Shown here piece by piece: positions 1 to 598 of a DNA stretch of 598 nucleotides. Source of the DNA: Candidatus Hydrogenedens sp. (GTDB taxonomy: Bacteria > Hydrogenedentota > Hydrogenedentia > Hydrogenedentales > Hydrogenedentaceae); assembly GCA_049968235.1 (NCBI GenBank), contig JBMFRC010000056.1, positions 1 to 598 on the forward strand. Direction: 5' to 3'. A model generated the notes under the pieces. That model was not told the DNA's origin. It saw nothing but the letters and a program-made list of their open reading frames with translations, and ran no database searches. Numbering within the stretch: position 1 is the first letter of the stretch; each line of letters opens with the position of its first letter. Made by a program: the position numbers and the translations under genes.

Positions 1-272
1 TTGATTTATCTTAATGTTATTACTTCAATAGAAAATTAGTAATTATTTTCGAGCAATTCCATAGCCAAATTTTATTCTATTTGCTTAATTTAAATTAAAA
101 ATATATCTGCAACTCAAATTTACATGCATTTCTACTTAATATAGGTACAACGATGTCAAAAATTGGTTTTTACCATGGCAAACGTTATTTTTAATATGCC
201 ACAGTGTAAGTGCGTGTAAATCTGAAAAATGTGAGAGAAGCTACGGTGGCAATGTGTGGTGAAGTGATTTTT

Positions 273-280
273 TATAAAAA
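273..280 (+). promoter_or_regulatory. TATA-box-like octamer TATAAAAA (upstream copy)
   Basis: Exact TATAAAAA in a T-rich context (gattttttataaaaaccc). A CT-rich stretch cctctccc follows at 288-295. No strong initiator can be identified ~30 nt downstream, so its function is uncertain. Confidence 0.2.
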
Positions 281-404
281 CCCAAATCCTCTCCCATGAA
301 ATGTCATAAAAAATGTTTTTTTTCGGGCGCTCTCTCGATTTGTCATATGTGTCTATACTGTATTATGCTGTGGTTTGCACGATAGCACACCCTCATCAAT
401 ATCA

Positions 405-429
405 CCGTTTCCCTCGCTCCCTCTAACGG
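405..429. repeat. Short inverted repeat CCGTT/AACGG flanking a pyrimidine-rich loop that carries a tandem TCCCTC-GC-TCCCTC repeat
   Basis: CCGTT at 405-409 is the exact reverse complement of AACGG at 425-429. The intervening 15 nt (tccctcgctccctct) contain TCCCTC twice (410-415 and 418-423) separated by GC. The minus strand reads GAGGGA-GC-GAGGGA. The sequence-level symmetry is certain, but its function is unknown. Confidence 0.35.
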
Positions 430-460
430 AGAATAGAGCTGTTAATTTGTTCAGTTTGTG

Positions 461-468
461 TATAAAAA
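461..468 (+). promoter_or_regulatory. TATA-box-like octamer TATAAAAA (downstream copy), followed by a leader-like sequence
   Basis: Exact TATAAAAA, identical to 273-280. The ~130 nt downstream (469-598) contain no ATG-initiated ORF of any length. They include caacaattaaattgcttaaaacacaag, which resembles an A-rich eukaryotic 5' leader, so an ATG beyond the window end is plausible. Confidence 0.3.
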
Positions 469-598
469 TAGTTCAGCAGCTTGCTACTGTTCATGATTTT
501 CTGATTGCCTGGTGTTTTGTGGAGATATTCTTCCGTGCAAGGAGTGGAGAGTAAATTTGAGAGCAACAATTAAATTGCTTAAAACACAAGGTGTTTTG

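Larger units (their letters stand above)
1..598. other. Non-coding, AT-rich intergenic/regulatory or untranslated sequence; no credible protein-coding or structural RNA gene
   Basis: I scanned all six frames by hand. The longest ORFs are + 313-426 (38 codons, Phe/Tyr/His-rich, low complexity) and + 296-385 (30 codons, Cys-rich), which overlap each other in different frames. The best minus-strand ORF is 426-494 (23 codons). Stop-codon triplets are dense in every frame, as expected for ~34% GC non-coding DNA. Confidence 0.6.

Noticed and set aside
200-206. CACAGTG, an exact V(D)J recombination-signal heptamer
   Set aside because: No nonamer (ACAAAAACC-like) follows at 12- or 23-nt spacing: 219-227 reads aatctgaaa and 230-238 reads tgtgagaga. 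It is a coincidental heptamer and overlaps the GTAAGT donor-like motif.
153-219. Two tiny + ORFs (153-194, 14 codons; 175-219, 15 codons) and a 15-codon ORF at 252-299
   Set aside because: They are too short to call, have no RBS context, and are at the frequency expected by chance.
296-323. Possible intrinsic terminator: small inverted repeat ATGA(296-299)/TCAT(304-307) followed by a T8 run (316-323)
   Set aside because: The stem is only 4 bp and entirely A/T-weak. An A6 tract separates it from the T-run. There is no GC-rich hairpin immediately preceding the T tract, so it is not a credible rho-independent terminator.
296-385. + strand ORF ATG 296 to TAG 383-385, 30 codons, Cys-rich (MKCHKKCFFSGALSICHMCLYCIMLWFAR)
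   Set aside because: It is short and low-complexity (TGT/TGY repeats from GT-rich DNA) and overlaps the 313-426 ORF. There is no supporting translation signal.
313-426. Longest + strand ORF: ATG 313 to TAA 424-426, 38 codons (MFFFGRSLDLSYVSILYYAVVCTIAHPHQYHRFPRSL)
   Set aside because: It is very short and its composition simply mirrors the T-rich DNA. There is no Shine-Dalgarno-like motif upstream. It overlaps another ORF (296-385) in a different frame and runs straight through the symmetric CT element. It behaves like a chance ORF, though a micro-peptide cannot be formally excluded.
426-494. Minus-strand ORF (ATG complement of 492-494 to stop at complement of 423-425), 23 codons
   Set aside because: It is too short and spans the TATA-like element. 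It is a chance ORF.
511-598. Direct 9-mer repeat GGTGTTTTG at 511-519 and 590-598
   Set aside because: A single exact 9-mer recurrence in ~600 bp of compositionally biased DNA has an expected count near 1 by chance. There is no further periodicity, so it is not a CRISPR-like or tandem repeat array.
1-598. The prompt's suggestion of an undescribed biological system (defence island, CRISPR, toxin-antitoxin, mobile element)
   Set aside because: There are no genes, no repeat-spacer architecture, no terminal inverted or flanking direct repeats, no integrase or transposase remnants and no structured RNA signatures in this window. The sequence is best explained as an ordinary promoter or intergenic region.

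Overview
This 598-bp window appears non-coding and AT-rich: about 34% G+C by hand count, and only ~20% across the first ~130 nt. No open reading frame on either strand exceeds 38 codons. The few short ORFs are low-complexity, lack a plausible ribosome-binding context and overlap one another. I see no rRNA, tRNA, CRISPR repeat-spacer periodicity, transposase fragment, terminal inverted repeats or convincing intrinsic terminator. What the sequence does show is a scatter of promoter- and leader-like signals. There are two identical TATAAAAA boxes, several GAGAG/CTCTC motifs, an Inr-like TCAGTT, and a compact symmetric CT-rich element (CCGTT-[TCCCTC-GC-TCCCTC]-T-AACGG). There are also splice-donor, branch-point and acceptor-like motifs. 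Taken together these look more like a eukaryotic (insect- or yeast-type) promoter and 5' leader than a bacterial locus. A bacterial AT-rich (H-NS-type) intergenic region with a weak sigma70-like promoter cannot be excluded from sequence alone. Nothing in this window supports the presence of a novel multi-gene biological system. I regard it as an ordinary regulatory or intergenic stretch whose origin I cannot assign without a database search.
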